From Flectonema sp. DT1601 (lineage: Eukaryota): DNA of 64,000 bases. Positions 41,749 to 53,944 of this stretch are shown one piece after another. The notes below the pieces were generated by a model that saw nothing but the letters and a program-made list of their open reading frames with translations, had not been told where the DNA came from and searched no databases. Numbering within the stretch: position 1 is the stretch's first letter; the number at the start of each line of letters is the position of its first letter. The stretch is taken from contig OZ025802.1 of NCBI GenBank assembly GCA_964019425.1, positions 496,001-560,000 of the forward strand, given 5' to 3'. Made by a program: the position numbers and the translations under genes.

Positions 41749-44700
41749 TTACAATTCGTTTATATCTGGTAGTGAGCTAAAGGCCGGATGACCCCCCGTA
41801 ACTTTTCCCAACTGAATAACGAGAGTTTCCTCCGCAAGACTAAAGTGTGGTACTGAATTGCCCAGATTCTTGTTGTAAAGCTGTTGTTGTTTTGTTGTTA
41901 GTACCAAAACGACGTATTCATACAAACAGATAAAGTAACAAAGAATAACAAACCTGAAACACTCCAACACACTTTCCCTGATGCTCAATAGGAACCATCA
42001 GTGCATTGCGTACGTTAATACCTTTCGGATTGTCTATACGATTATTACATATGATCTTTGTCCTGCAGAAGACATCATTGTATATACTTAACCTCCTTGA
42101 GAAAACATCCCAAGCAACACAAGGCTCTGTAGTAGTAGGCCTTGATGCAGCAGGGATGTAAAGGACAACCTGCTCGCAGTCAAAAACAGTTGGTAGCTCT
42201 CTCTCCATTGAGGCAATTACTTCAGGTAGTTCTGTGTGCTGAGTCATAATACTATACATCATTGTCCAGGCGCATTCTTGAACAGTTTGTACTTTTCTTA
42301 AAAGAAGATTCTTAAGTACAACTGCGCAATAATTAGCGTACATACTCAACGCTCTTCTGTCGTCTTCTGTGAAGGCGCAGTAGTGTCGTTCTTCTCCTGC
42401 GACGTTGTATCGATTTTGAATCTGTGTTTTATTGTTTAATGTTTTTGTGAGGACTACAATAACAGAAATTTTAAAAAAATTGAAATACGCACCTCAAAAA
42501 CACCCATCACACCCTGATCATCAATTATAGGAACACATAGAATGTTAATGATAGCTGGTGAGCCATCAGGTTCAAGGTCGATTATGTCTCTGAAAACCTC
42601 CATTTCATTTGATTGTGTGTGTCGGATGTTGATTGGCTCACCAACAACAGCAACATGACCAGCCACGCCAGATCCTAACAGAATTGTTGAAGACTGATGA
42701 TTCTCCATTGAATATAAATACTTTCTTCTATCATCTATGATGTATAATTTGCTATATTCACACTGCACAAATCTCCTCGCCCCTTCTGACACTGATGCGA
42801 ATATCTGAGAAATATCATCAGTCTTAGTGAGCTCTTGAGACACCGCGTTAAATACTTGAGTTCGTAATTCAGATTGATCGAGTTTTTCTAATAGCTGTCC
42901 GTACATCAGGTGTATGCCTGCTTGATTTCCTAATAAAGCTAATAACGCACTGTCTTGTTCTGTAAACTTACCATGTAGTTTATTAACAGCTTGAATCACC
43001 GCTAGAACTTCTTCTCCGCGTTTTATTGGAAAGCAGAGAAGATTTCGAGTTCGGTATCCGGTAACGGTATCGACTACTTTATTAAATCGAGGATCTTCGT
43101 ACGCTTCTTGGATAGTGACGCATTCTCCGCGGGTTGCAGTCCATCCTGCAACACCTTTATCCATTGGCATTCTTATCTTTTGACCGTTTGAATTAACATT
43201 ATGAAATGACCATAGCTGTTCGTTATCATGATCAACCATAAATAACGTCGCTCTATCACAGACGATTAATGAGCGAACTGATGAGACTACTAGTTCTGTA
43301 GCCTTTTCGAGTTCCAATACTGTTGACAAACTGGATACGGAATATAAAATATTTTTCATATCTAAACTAAAAGCTTCCTTTGACTGCATACTTTCAAGTT
43401 CAGCTAACGCTTTCATTTCTGTGTTCTCTACTTCAGCAGGTAAATTATCATGACGAGGACTTCCCGCCATTGGGATTTCATCATCGAATTTGACTAAAAA
43501 CGTATCCATTCGACCTTTGCCTTTGACGAATACATCTTCTATGGTTTCGAACTGAATTGAATACATTTTTATGAGATGATCAGCAACTTGTTTTGTGCAA
43601 TTAATTCGATTTGTTTTTGACAACGCCTCCATCCTTGACGCCATGTTTACAGTATCACCCCAGAAATCATAAATAGGTTTCGTCAAACCTAAAACCCCTG
43701 ATACAGCTGGTCCACTTGCCATCCCAAACCGAAGCTGAACTTCAGTTAATTGTAACTCTGATATTCCTTTTGATTTAAAACTAGAAATACAATCACTACA
43801 CCAATCGACCATTACTTTGATATGGTCGACATCATTGTTTATAAACCCGCTTACTGACATATAACAATCTCCAATCGTTTTAATTTTTGTAACGCCATGT
43901 CTCCCCGCTAAATTATCCAACACCGTAAAAAGCTTATTCAATCCCGTTACTAACTTGGAATGATGAAGCTGAGCGCTAGTTTTCGTAAAACCAACAAGAT
44001 CAACAAAGCAAAACGTAAGCGAATTATGCTTCATCGCAATACACGTTGAGCCACCATGAATTTCAGAGACTATATCCTTTGGTATTATGCTGTAGAGAAG
44101 TTCTGAATCCTTCGCTCCGGTTGAGTATTCAACCGGGTTTATACGATAGTGGTATTTTAATAAAGCAATCCATAAGAATAATTGAATGATCGAACAAGGC
44201 AATACAACTGATATCGTATCCGTTATCGCAGCGTCTGCTACAGCAGAACACACTATTGGAAGCGTCCATATAAATGTGAAAACCATTAAAAGTGTTGTAT
44301 TACAATACGACTGCTTACCGTTGGAAGTACTTGGGGAATTGTTGCTCATCAGGCCGTCGAGTAATTGGCTTTTGTCAGCTCCTAAGGTAATCCAAGATGG
44401 TCCTTGTTCTAGTCCTGGTTGGTATTTTTGTTTATTAGTATCTAATGGTGATAGACAGCTGGATGCGCTGACTGATACAACTTGATGAGAACTTGCTTGA
44501 GATGGTACAGAGTACTCTTCTAATTTAGGATTCGGTTGGTCTTTTCTCTTCGACATTTTCCTCTGTAATGTTATCTTACTCTCCTCATGATCACTTGTAA
44601 CTCTGAATTGTGATGCCACTTCATCTGCTGCTACGCTTTCAGGTGTATCTTCTTCTTGAGCTTCACTAAACCTCCGTCTCTTTTCTAATTCTCGTTCTCG

Positions 44701-44811
44701 CAGTTCGTACATCCACTCATCTGTTTGCATTGTGTCTTCTGGCTTGATTTCAGCCTGGTTGAGCCTCTGCATTGCCTCTTCACTGCCATCCATTTCCGTA
44801 AGAAATTCCAT
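41749..44811 (-). CDS. Adenylate cyclase with 2 TM segments and three C-terminal GAF domains (~972 aa); exons 42493-44811, 41954-42421, 41749-41880
   Basis: Intact motifs FVDLVGFT, KIKTIGDCYM, YDFWGDTVNMASRME. GAF motif AYEDPRFNKVVDTVTGYRTRNLLCFPI...NKLHGKFTEQD. GT-AG introns 42422-42492 and 41881-41953 are in frame. Confidence 0.9.
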
Positions 44812-45066
44812 CTTCTATGTTCGTATTTAGTTATCGGAATGGTGGTCTGTCTACCTAACAAGCATCTCTTTTTGTAATACAGAGTACTGTGAAGGGATAT
44901 TGATAAAACATAAGAGGACTTGTCAGTTGGTTGTTTTGAATAACAAAAACAAATCAAACATGCTGCTGGACCAAGGGTAAGGAGTTGGAAAACTTTCTTT
45001 TAAAAAATAATAATAGGCCAGGTAAAAGATAGCATTTGTATGGAAGTAAACCCTTTCCGGGTTAAT

Positions 45067-46800
45067 TTATCTATTATCAAATAGGATGGGTTCGAGTAAC
45101 CTACTCTGATTTGAATCTTCAATTTCGTTGTCGTCTTCTCTATCTAAAATCATTCGCAGGGCAAATTCATTATAATGTTCCCACTTACCAGAACCAGTGT
45201 TGGCTAATTGATACATCCATTCAGCTGTAATTACTTCAGAAGTTGGAATGCTAACATCGTATAATAAGTGTGCTGTTCCATCAAACAACACAGGTTGTAG
45301 AGATGCTTTCATTTCCGCGCAATGCTTTACTTCGTTGTACATCTTTCGGTCTGCTATTAATGGGATGCTGAGCATTTTTCCAGCTCTCTCAACGACACCG
45401 ACCCATAAAGCAAGCCGACCGACTGTACTAAATCGAAGAATTTTTTCACATCCTAAGTCTCCGCATGATAGTTTTCCGCTTGCCATTCCGACATTAATAG
45501 TTGGTGTGCTTGAGTCTGTTTGATAGTTCAGAAGTATTTCTCTCATATGTAAGATAATTGATCGTGATGCCGTCAGACATGAATCACAGTGTGTAAAACA
45601 TTTCCTAACTGCTCCAAAGTTCGCAAACACACGATCACCTAAAAATATATCAGCAGTACCTCCATTTTTTGTAACAATTTCTGAAGTACAAGAAATCAAG
45701 CTTCCTATTAAATTCGAAAACTGTTCTGGAGAAGTCTCAAGAACAGAAAGAGAATTTTTAATGTTCGCAACAAACAGAGATGCAGTTTGAAGTTTTAAGG
45801 CGCTGACTCTATTCACAGCTATCATTTCCTTAATACATGACGAGCCTACTAAAGCAAGACTTGATTGAGGCTCTGAATGATGTGTTTTTTGAGAAGCTGA
45901 TGAACTATTAATTGAACGAAGAGGAACAACTTCAGTCGAAATCTCATCTTCAACGGGTAAACACGAGAGAGGTAAGTAAGGCTTATACGTTTTCAAATTA
46001 TCTAACAAGAGAGTAAATGCATCTCGAAGAGCAACAGGGACGTCTGCTGTACTGTCAGTAAGAACGTCGTTTGCAGATTCTAAATCAAACTTTGCAAGAA
46101 ATTTTGCAACCATATGAGCGGTATCAATCGATGCTAGAATGCGACGACGTTCATTTATTGCAGCGTCAGCAAATCCGCGAGTGCATGCGAAGTCTATCAT
46201 TACGATTAGTATTTGAACTAAATAAGCCATTACAGCTGTTCCTGCTGCAACATTACAAGGCAGCTTTTCACAATCACACTTAACAGTTCTGCGGTCTGCT
46301 TGTGAAAAGGAACCAGGAAAGTCAAAAATCCCAACACGTGCCGTAGACTCAAATGCCACTATTGCCAAGAATCCCAATATAACTGCAATCACTGATTTGA
46401 TTATGTAAGAGGGAATCTGACACAGCAGTGCTACATCAATTATGATTACACAAAGAGGCCACATTCGTTCTTCTTCTCCTTTAGTAATTCCTATTAAGTC
46501 TCCGGGACACAGTTGAAAAGCATAAAAGAGAAGAAAGAATCCTGCGTAACGATCCGTAACATCTCTCTTTGCAATGAATAACCAAATAAAGGCGAATACA
46601 TGAACAGTTAATCCTATGGTGTTGCTGGCATCTTGCCATACGTTATCCCATCGGAATACAAGAGATACGACGTATACGAATACAGCAGAGCAATGAAGTA
46701 TTAAAAAATTCTTTTTTCTTGTTTTTTGAAGGAGGCAGTCACTGTCCGACACAATCAAATCCAAGACACGAGAACACCACCATAACATTATGTGAGGCAT
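45067..46800 (-). CDS. Multi-TM protein with degenerate class III cyclase domain (paralog 1)
   Basis: TM-rich N-terminus; LKTYKPYLP; SLFVANIKNS (Asp to Asn); DIFLGDRVFANFG; NVGMASG...CGDLG. Start codon uncertain. Confidence 0.8.
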   Translation of the reverse strand: MPHIMLWWCSRVLDLIVSDSDCLLQKTRKKNFLILHCSAVFVYVVSLVFRWDNVWQDASNTIGLTVHVFAFIWLFIAKRDVTDRYAGFFLLFYAFQLCPGDLIGITKGEEERMWPLCVIIIDVALLCQIPSYIIKSVIAVILGFLAIVAFESTARVGIFDFPGSFSQADRRTVKCDCEKLPCNVAAGTAVMAYLVQILIVMIDFACTRGFADAAINERRRILASIDTAHMVAKFLAKFDLESANDVLTDSTADVPVALRDAFTLLLDNLKTYKPYLPLSCLPVEDEISTEVVPLRSINSSSASQKTHHSEPQSSLALVGSSCIKEMIAVNRVSALKLQTASLFVANIKNSLSVLETSPEQFSNLIGSLISCTSEIVTKNGGTADIFLGDRVFANFGAVRKCFTHCDSCLTASRSIILHMREILLNYQTDSSTPTINVGMASGKLSCGDLGCEKILRFSTVGRLALWVGVVERAGKMLSIPLIADRKMYNEVKHCAEMKASLQPVLFDGTAHLLYDVSIPTSEVITAEWMYQLANTGSGKWEHYNEFALRMILDREDDNEIEDSNQSRLLEPILFDNR

Positions 46801-47480
46801 ACCATGCTGTTTTGAGAACTTTAACAAATCACACAGAAATTCACCAAGCGTGATGCATACTACTCCGCATTACGATGCCGATACCTGTCAGAAAAGAATA
46901 CAATAATTGACCTTTAACCTTCATAATATCCACAAATATGACTAGCTGACTTTGCCAAAGAGTTGGAAAACTATGGCGCTTATTCAATGGAGGGAGTAAA
47001 TACTGTTTTTAAGGAGAGGGGGAAAAAAAAAGGAGTTTGCCCTGTATATTATAAATTACAATGTGCTTCGGATATTCCGACAGATCAGGTTATCAGCAAT
47101 CTAATAGAAACTAATAAAATAAATTGATGCTTAGCTTTTTATTAATAGTAAAAGAAGGTGTTAAAAGAAACATTATCAGGGTAAATATTTTATTTTTATT
47201 TATTTATTTACGAAGCCTAGGAGCCAAAAGCCAGGAAAAGCTCAACAGGGGTAACAGTTATATCGCTACCAGCAACCGTGAGACTCTCACAGACGATAAG
47301 AGACGTAGAATAACCTGGAACAAATGACTACCTAAACCCACCGCCCGCGCGAGCAGACAGTGTAAGAGACGGCTGATAACGCCAATTTTCGTCAAAGAGA
47401 GGGAGAACACGCCACATTAGATCAGAAAATAAGAAATAAAGAAATGATAAGAAAGAGAAGTGATATAAATCTCAATAGAC

Positions 47481-49277
47481 CTATCGATGATTAAACAATA
47501 TCGGGTCATGTAGTCCACTCCTGAGAGCTGAAAGGGTGTCTTCGTCGCTGTTATCTTCCCAGGCAGATGAAGTATTTTTCTTGCTGAGCATTCGGAGTAG
47601 AAGTCCGTTGTACTTTTCCCATTTTCCTGATCCAATGCTAGCTAATTGATACATCCATTCAGCAGTGCTCGAGTCTGCGCTCACAATACCAACTTCAAAT
47701 AATAAATTCACAATCCCATCAAATAAAACGGGTTGTAGAGATGCTTTCATCTCAGTGCAATGCTTCAACTCTGCGTACATCGTTTGGTCTGCAATTAATG
47801 GAACGTTGAGCATCCTCCCGGCTCTCTCAACGACACCGACCCATAAAGCAAGTCGACCGACTGTACTAAATCGAAGCATTACTTCACATCCTAAGTCTCC
47901 ACACATTAATGTACCGCTTGCCATCCCGATGTTAATGTCTGGCGCATATGATGGTCCTTGATAATGCTGAAGCACTTCCTTCATGTGTGAAACAACAGTT
48001 TGAGAAGCTTTTAGACACGACGCGCAGTGAGTGAAGCATTTTCGTGCTGCTCCAAAGTTAGCAAACACACGATCACCCAGAAATATATCAGTTGTTCCTT
48101 TGTTTTTTGTCACAATGTCAGCTGTACAAGAAACCAAACTACTAATTAGATTCGAAAACTGTTCAGGAGAGCCTTCAAGAACAGTAATAGAATGTGTAAT
48201 ATTAACAATAAAAAGTGACGCATTATGATGTTTGAGAGCCTTACCTAGTCTACAAACTCTAACAGGTAAGCTTAAGGTTCTGGAGCAACCTGGGTCACTT
48301 GACCTAGATGAATCAGTAAGCGAATTATTACATAACTTTGACTGTTTGAATTCCGCAAGAGAATGTTCCATCTGACAATCATCAGATGGAGTTGATGACA
48401 TAGTCTTCACGGATTGGATATCATCAGTAAATTCAAAAGGTAAGCAAGACTGAGGTAAATAAGGCTTGTATGAATTCAGATTACTCAACAGAAGTAAGAA
48501 TGCATCACGTAACCCGTCTGGTACATCCGTGTCTATATTTGTAAGCAGCTCATTTGCAGAATGCAAGTCAAATTTCGCAAGAGATTTCGCAACCATATGC
48601 GCCGTTTCAATAGAAGTCAGGATTCTACAACGTTCACTGAGAGCTGCCTCAGCGAATCCGCGAGTGCAGACAAAGTCGATCAACAGTACCGCTGCCTGAG
48701 AGAAAAAAGCTCCATAAGACTCAGCTAACGGAATTGCACAGGGAAGAGTATCACAGCCACAGCCGGAATTATATCTCTGAGATTGCGATATGGTTCCAGG
48801 AAGATCAAAAATACCAACTCGTAAACTTGATTCAAAAGCCACAACCGACAAGTACGCAATCACTAAAATGATTAACAAGAAAGACACGAAATGAGGTACT
48901 TCGCAAAGCAGTGCAACGTCAACAAGAACGACGTTGATAGGCCAGAGTCTCCCGGCAGCTCCTTCAGTCGCTTTGTGCAAATCAGCAGGAATTACTTGTG
49001 CTGCATACAATATTAGCATAGAAGCGGCATGGAAATTTGTGACATCTTCTTTAGCGACAACCAATCTGTAAAACACTACTACGTGAGTTGCGAATCCCAC
49101 GAAATTTGATAATCTGTTAGACATCACGTCCCACTGAAACAACGTTCCCATGGTGTACATTATAATAGCGACACAGTGGACAACTACAAATATCTCTTTT
49201 CTTGTTTTTTGAAGGTCGCTATCACTTTCTTTAATTATTTTTTTAAATATGCAAGAACAGAATCTATCAATTCGCAT
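47481..49277 (-). CDS. Multi-TM protein with degenerate class III cyclase domain (paralog 2)
   Basis: Collinear with 45067-46800, sharing DIFLGDRVFANFGA and LRFSTVGRLALWVGVVERAG. Confidence 0.82.
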   Translation of the reverse strand: MRIDRFCSCIFKKIIKESDSDLQKTRKEIFVVVHCVAIIMYTMGTLFQWDVMSNRLSNFVGFATHVVVFYRLVVAKEDVTNFHAASMLILYAAQVIPADLHKATEGAAGRLWPINVVLVDVALLCEVPHFVSFLLIILVIAYLSVVAFESSLRVGIFDLPGTISQSQRYNSGCGCDTLPCAIPLAESYGAFFSQAAVLLIDFVCTRGFAEAALSERCRILTSIETAHMVAKSLAKFDLHSANELLTNIDTDVPDGLRDAFLLLLSNLNSYKPYLPQSCLPFEFTDDIQSVKTMSSTPSDDCQMEHSLAEFKQSKLCNNSLTDSSRSSDPGCSRTLSLPVRVCRLGKALKHHNASLFIVNITHSITVLEGSPEQFSNLISSLVSCTADIVTKNKGTTDIFLGDRVFANFGAARKCFTHCASCLKASQTVVSHMKEVLQHYQGPSYAPDINIGMASGTLMCGDLGCEVMLRFSTVGRLALWVGVVERAGRMLNVPLIADQTMYAELKHCTEMKASLQPVLFDGIVNLLFEVGIVSADSSTAEWMYQLASIGSGKWEKYNGLLLRMLSKKNTSSAWEDNSDEDTLSALRSGLHDPILFNHR

Positions 49278-49887
49278 TGTGGTTGCCTGCCGAAAAGGAA
49301 AGGACGATAACTATCTGTTTTTCTCTTAAATTAGACATAAACTTAACAAGTTTCTGGTGTGCTCAAATCAATGCTTTTTCGGACGAGTTTTAAAAAAGTC
49401 GTTTTTCAATATAGTCTTCACTGATTAGAGTGTAATATAAAAATAAATTCCAACCTAAAAATTCCCTTCCAGAAGAGGGGAAAAAAAAAAAAAAAAAAAA
49501 TCCAAAGTGGCGAGTGAAAAAGCAGCTAGTTTTTTTTTTTTTTTTCCGTACGCGAAATCACATGCATTTTTTGAGCAAAAAAAAAAAAGAACCAAAAAAC
49601 AACTTTTTTTGTTTTCACCTCACAACTTAATAAAATAAGTAGTCAGTGAGAGTCATGTTAGTTGCAGAACTGATGATTGGGTCTGGGTAACCGCACCATA
49701 CCGTAGATGACCCAAAAACACTCGGAGATCGGGTTTTATAACATCGGCTGTCCAGACTAACAGTTTGAAAACAAAAAAAGCGCGTGGGGTATGCGGGCAG
49801 GAGGTGGAAAAAAGAAAGAGGAAAAAAAAAAAAACCGTACCAAAAACAAACAAACCAGAAAGATAAATAATAATTATAAATATTATG

Positions 49888-49919
<32 letters not shown>

Positions 49920-50745
49920 ACTCTTTATAATGGTCTTCCAAGGTCAATAAAAAAAATAAAAAAAAAACAGTAACACACCCTCAACTAAACCTTTTGTTAC
50001 AATTAAAATAGCACAGCAAACACTTTCAAAGCTAATTAAGAGAATTCTCGGTTTTTTCGCTGTTTTTTTTTTTTTTTGGTTGTCAGCAATGACAGCATTC
50101 ATAAAAGGCAAAAAATAACACAACGAAGAACGGAAAAAAAAAGAAAATCTCTCAGAACATTCATTTCAGGCCATGAGGTAGTGAAGGCCAATCCGAATGT
50201 GAAAAGAGATGGAATGGAACATATAGAGGTTAGCAGGATGGGCATGGGGCTATTTATTAAACATGATTTATGAATTGTCTTCTCTGATTCAATTGACCTT
50301 TTTCCATGCACACAACAACACTTACAAAGAAATAGTTTTAGTATTTTTAAACGTTTTCTTGTTGGTGTTTGATATTTAAAATAAATAAAAAATATATATA
50401 AAAAAAAAAAGCTAAAACTAACCAAAGAATACATAAACCAAACAACATTTTATTATTTATAAAGGAAATAAATTGAGTTGAGCAGTCTTTGCCACGAAAA
50501 AAAACCTCGAAAATAAAGTGCGACTAAAAAAAGTAAGAGACAGTCGATTAAAAAAGATAATAATGTTAGTCAGTATTGGTAAGTACTTCACTTTATAATT
50601 AATATTTCTAACCTTATCTGCGTACATAAATTATCCATCTCTTTTTTACAGAATCGAGCTATTCAATTGTTTTTTTAAAAAAACAATTTTTTTTTGGGAA
50701 AAGGGGGTTACAATATTTTTTATAGTTGGTATTAATATTGTTTTG

Positions 50746-50779
<34 letters not shown>

Positions 50780-50828
50780 CTTGATAGTTCATTAGCACAC
50801 TTTTAGCGGAGCACTCACCTTTAATAAA

Positions 50829-51185
50829 TTAAGGTAGCATTGTCCTGAATTCGGTTGAGAAAAACGTGAGCGGAGGTTGTGGGTGGGGCATCGTACGAGA
50901 GTTATCAGTGGCAAAGTCCATGTTGGGATTGCTTAACAAAATAATAATAAAAAAAACATCATTGGATTCTTGAACCGTAGAGTTCTCACGGAATTGTATT
51001 TCATTGGGATAGGGAAAAGCGTTTTCTACATGTAGCTTTTGGTATGATGACTCATATTCAAAAGTGGAAAGGGTTCCTCTCAGGTAACCGAAAAACCTGA
51101 TTCTATATGTCCATAAAGTAACATAGAACACCACTACGATCAAGGCTGCCTTATGGCAAAGGCTAGTTCGGAGGAAAGAAATCAT
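50829..51185 (-). CDS. Possible small type II membrane protein or first exon of an unresolved gene
   Basis: ATG 51185 (MISFLRTSLC...) with one hydrophobic segment, downstream of a pyrimidine tract. No family recognised. Confidence 0.3.
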   Translation of the reverse strand: MISFLRTSLCHKAALIVVVFYVTLWTYRIRFFGYLRGTLSTFEYESSYQKLHVENAFPYPNEIQFRENSTVQESNDVFFIIILLSNPNMDFATDNSRTMPHPQPPLTFFSTEFRTMLP

Positions 51186-51461
51186 TCGTGTTGAATAATT
51201 GATTTTGCCTTGTAACGAATTATAAAAAACGAAGCGGCGAACTACTCCTTTACTAGATGGCCAGTCAAGGTTGTTGACAAAAACCCGGAACTGGATCGCC
51301 GAGGAAAAAAAAAAAAAAAAAAGGGAGAGAACAAAAAAAATTAAGTAGAAAACCAAAAAAAAAAAAAAATTAGAATACACCTCCCCTCCACACACAAATC
51401 TAAAAGTACAGAAATTAGTGCAGAAAACTGGGTCCCAGGTCACTTCATCCAACTATAACGA

Positions 51462-52699
51462 CTACGTAAACAACGGCAGACTCTGTCTTATAGTCGTACA
51501 ACAGACCGGACAACTTTCTACAGTCTTAGAACACGAAGTACACATTGAGTAGTGGCCACAAGGAACAGAAGCAACTTCACGAGGGGCTTTATTGCAAAGG
51601 TGACAAAGTGTAATATTTTCACGAGGAGAAGTTGTTGCTGTGGATACTTCGTTGTCTGCATTAAGTCGCTTCATATTTAAACGACAAACTTCACGATGAG
51701 AATCATAAATAGATGGATGGACATGCATCTCACAAACATTACATGAAGATACTTTGATCTCGGGGTCTACATTTATTCTTGAAGAGATGTCAGCTCTACA
51801 AACAGGACATTCTGTTATTCTAATAGTACACGATGAGCAGCATGCCCAATGACCACAAGGTGAAAAGGCTATATCTCTTCTTACATCAAAACATATAATA
51901 CACAATTCATTATCAGGTATTTCACCAGACTCATTACTCGGATATGATCGCTGTCCACAAGCTCGAGTGTGACTTCCCATCAAAGCAGGATGTACTAACT
52001 CTCCACAAGTTGGACACAGAGTTGCAGCTGACGTCTGCGTTGCGGAACGTCCATTCGCTTCCGCTGCAGCAGCTTGTCGGAGTTGTTGTTTGCAAACCTC
52101 AACATGACCATCAATCATTGCAGTATTCTTAAAAACATGACAAACTGGACATTGAACATCTCCATTACTATTTACAACCTTAGCTGGCTGTCTCTGTTGC
52201 CGAGACACTTGTTGTGCAACATGAATAGTAGTTCTCGTTGTAGTTGTTGTAGTAGTAGTTGTTGTCGTTGTATTCCTTCCAGCACCATGTAAGATAGAAT
52301 ATGTTGCTGTTGTTCCAGCTACGTCTACTATTGGTACACATAAATTGCAAACCTGTTGGGTTAATTGGTTTATTGTGAGATTATAAAAGAGAATAAGATA
52401 AATAAATAACACACCCTCTGGGGTTGTCTGTCGGGAGTGAGAACTCTCCTACCTTTACTACAAGAGTTACACACGACATGGAGGCAGTGACGGCAATGAT
52501 GCTTTCTCTGAATAAGTGAGAACTTCTTTCTACATAATCTGCAATTCTTTACTCGATCACCATCCTCCCATGTTCGCTGGGCTCCTCCTGCTGATCCTCG
52601 TTGTGCAGCTGTGTTGCTTTCTCTTCGAACACTTCCTCGACGACTGCCGCTTGCGCTGCCTCTCGGAGTAACCTTATCGGCACTGACGCAGTTTCCCAT
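51462..52699 (-). CDS. N-acylated FYVE + C2HC zinc fingers + double RING E3 ligase-like protein (~391 aa); exons 52415-52699, 51462-52352
   Basis: MGNC N-terminus. FYVE WEDGD...RKHHCRHC...R|VCNLC is completed by GT-AG intron 52353-52414. RINGs CIIC...PCGH...CPVCR and CHLC...PCGH...CPVC. Confidence 0.9.
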
Positions 52700-53349
52700 T
52701 TAATATACCCCACCTATACGTAGAATGAGAAAGATAAAAAGTACTCCTCTGAACACATATCTTAAAATTATATTTCTCCATTCCATCAAACCTGTTTATG
52801 AACTGTGGGATATTAAAAAGACCTGAAAATCAATTCCTACGCTGAACTGTAACAAAATTGTATAAAAAAAACTAAACTGTCGGACACCGGGGCCTTTGCG
52901 AGTGAAAGGGTGGGTGGGCGAAAACAAGAAGTTCCTCTAGGGACTTCAGCTAAGTATTAAAAAATCGAAAGAAAAAAAAAAATTAATTTTCGTCAAAAAC
53001 CCTCCGCTCTCAAGTATCCAAATGAATACTTTCATTGCAAAAAGAGTGGTACAAAAGAAGAGAGTGAAACTTTGATAAATTTAAAAAAACAGTAACCACT
53101 TTTGGTTTAGAATCCACAATGACTAGAAAAAAAAATAAGTCATCAATCAAAAAGTGATTCAAAAAGAAGGGGGTATATTGGTATCGTATTATCTACAATC
53201 TCTCAGACTGTCAGATGGAAATAAAAAAAAAAAAAACTGCCATCCACATACCAGCAAAAGTTCTTTATGAAAATTCGGAAAGGAAATAAATAAACCAACT
53301 GGAATTAGTACCGTAAATATATCGATAACAACAAAAAAAAAGAAGGGGG

Positions 53350-53380
<31 letters not shown>

Positions 53381-53734
53381 AAATAATAAAATAATTCGCC
53401 CGACAGCACAATTTTAGAGATTATTTTCCGTTTTTTTTTTTTTTTTTTTTTCTTTTTTTTTTTTTTCCCCTTCAAACTTACACAACGGCACTAAATAATT
53501 AAAAAAAAGAATATTTTACGTAAATAAATAAAAAAAGCGAAGCTGAAAGAACAATATAAATTTCTTTCGTTCTTTTTTGTTGTGATAAAAAGCACACAAA
53601 AAAGAAAAAAAGTAACATTCTGTTAAACACACAAGAATTGTGATACATCACGGTCTGTGTGTCGTCAATTCTGAAGTACGGAATAATAGTTATGTTACAA
53701 CGTATATTTTACATTATAAACACAGCGTGAGTGA

Positions 53735-53944
53735 TTATCCCCGCAGTCTGTCCTCACACGCGTATTTTGGTGTCGGAGATGGTGGTGGTGTCATGCGACC
53801 CCTGGCTCCACTACCTCGCCTTGCTGCTGTAGATGCCGCGATCTGTTTGGCTTGTACTTTTTCTTCCGCGATCTGTTTCTTTTCTTGTGCTGCACTAAGT
53901 CTCTCTTCGCGGGAAGATAATGTCTTTGACTGAATACATCCCAT
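53735..53944 (-). CDS. Small putatively myristoylated/palmitoylated protein (69 aa)
   Basis: MGCIQSK matches MGCxxS; charged helical segment; non-homopolymeric island on the coding strand. Confidence 0.6.
   Translation of the reverse strand: MGCIQSKTLSSREERLSAAQEKKQIAEEKVQAKQIAASTAARRGSGARGRMTPPPSPTPKYACEDRLRG

Noticed and set aside
49650..50300. Further exons of the 50829-51185 ORF
   Set aside because: Coding-like islands exist, but I could not join them with convincing in-frame splice sites.
6069..52414. Non-canonical (non GT-AG) introns or programmed frameshifts
   Set aside because: Every split ORF examined is rejoined in frame by a GT...CAG intron.
52928..52947. Hairpin gaagttcc-tcta-gggacttc as terminator or ncRNA
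   Set aside because: A single 8-bp stem with no supporting context is expected by chance in 64 kb.
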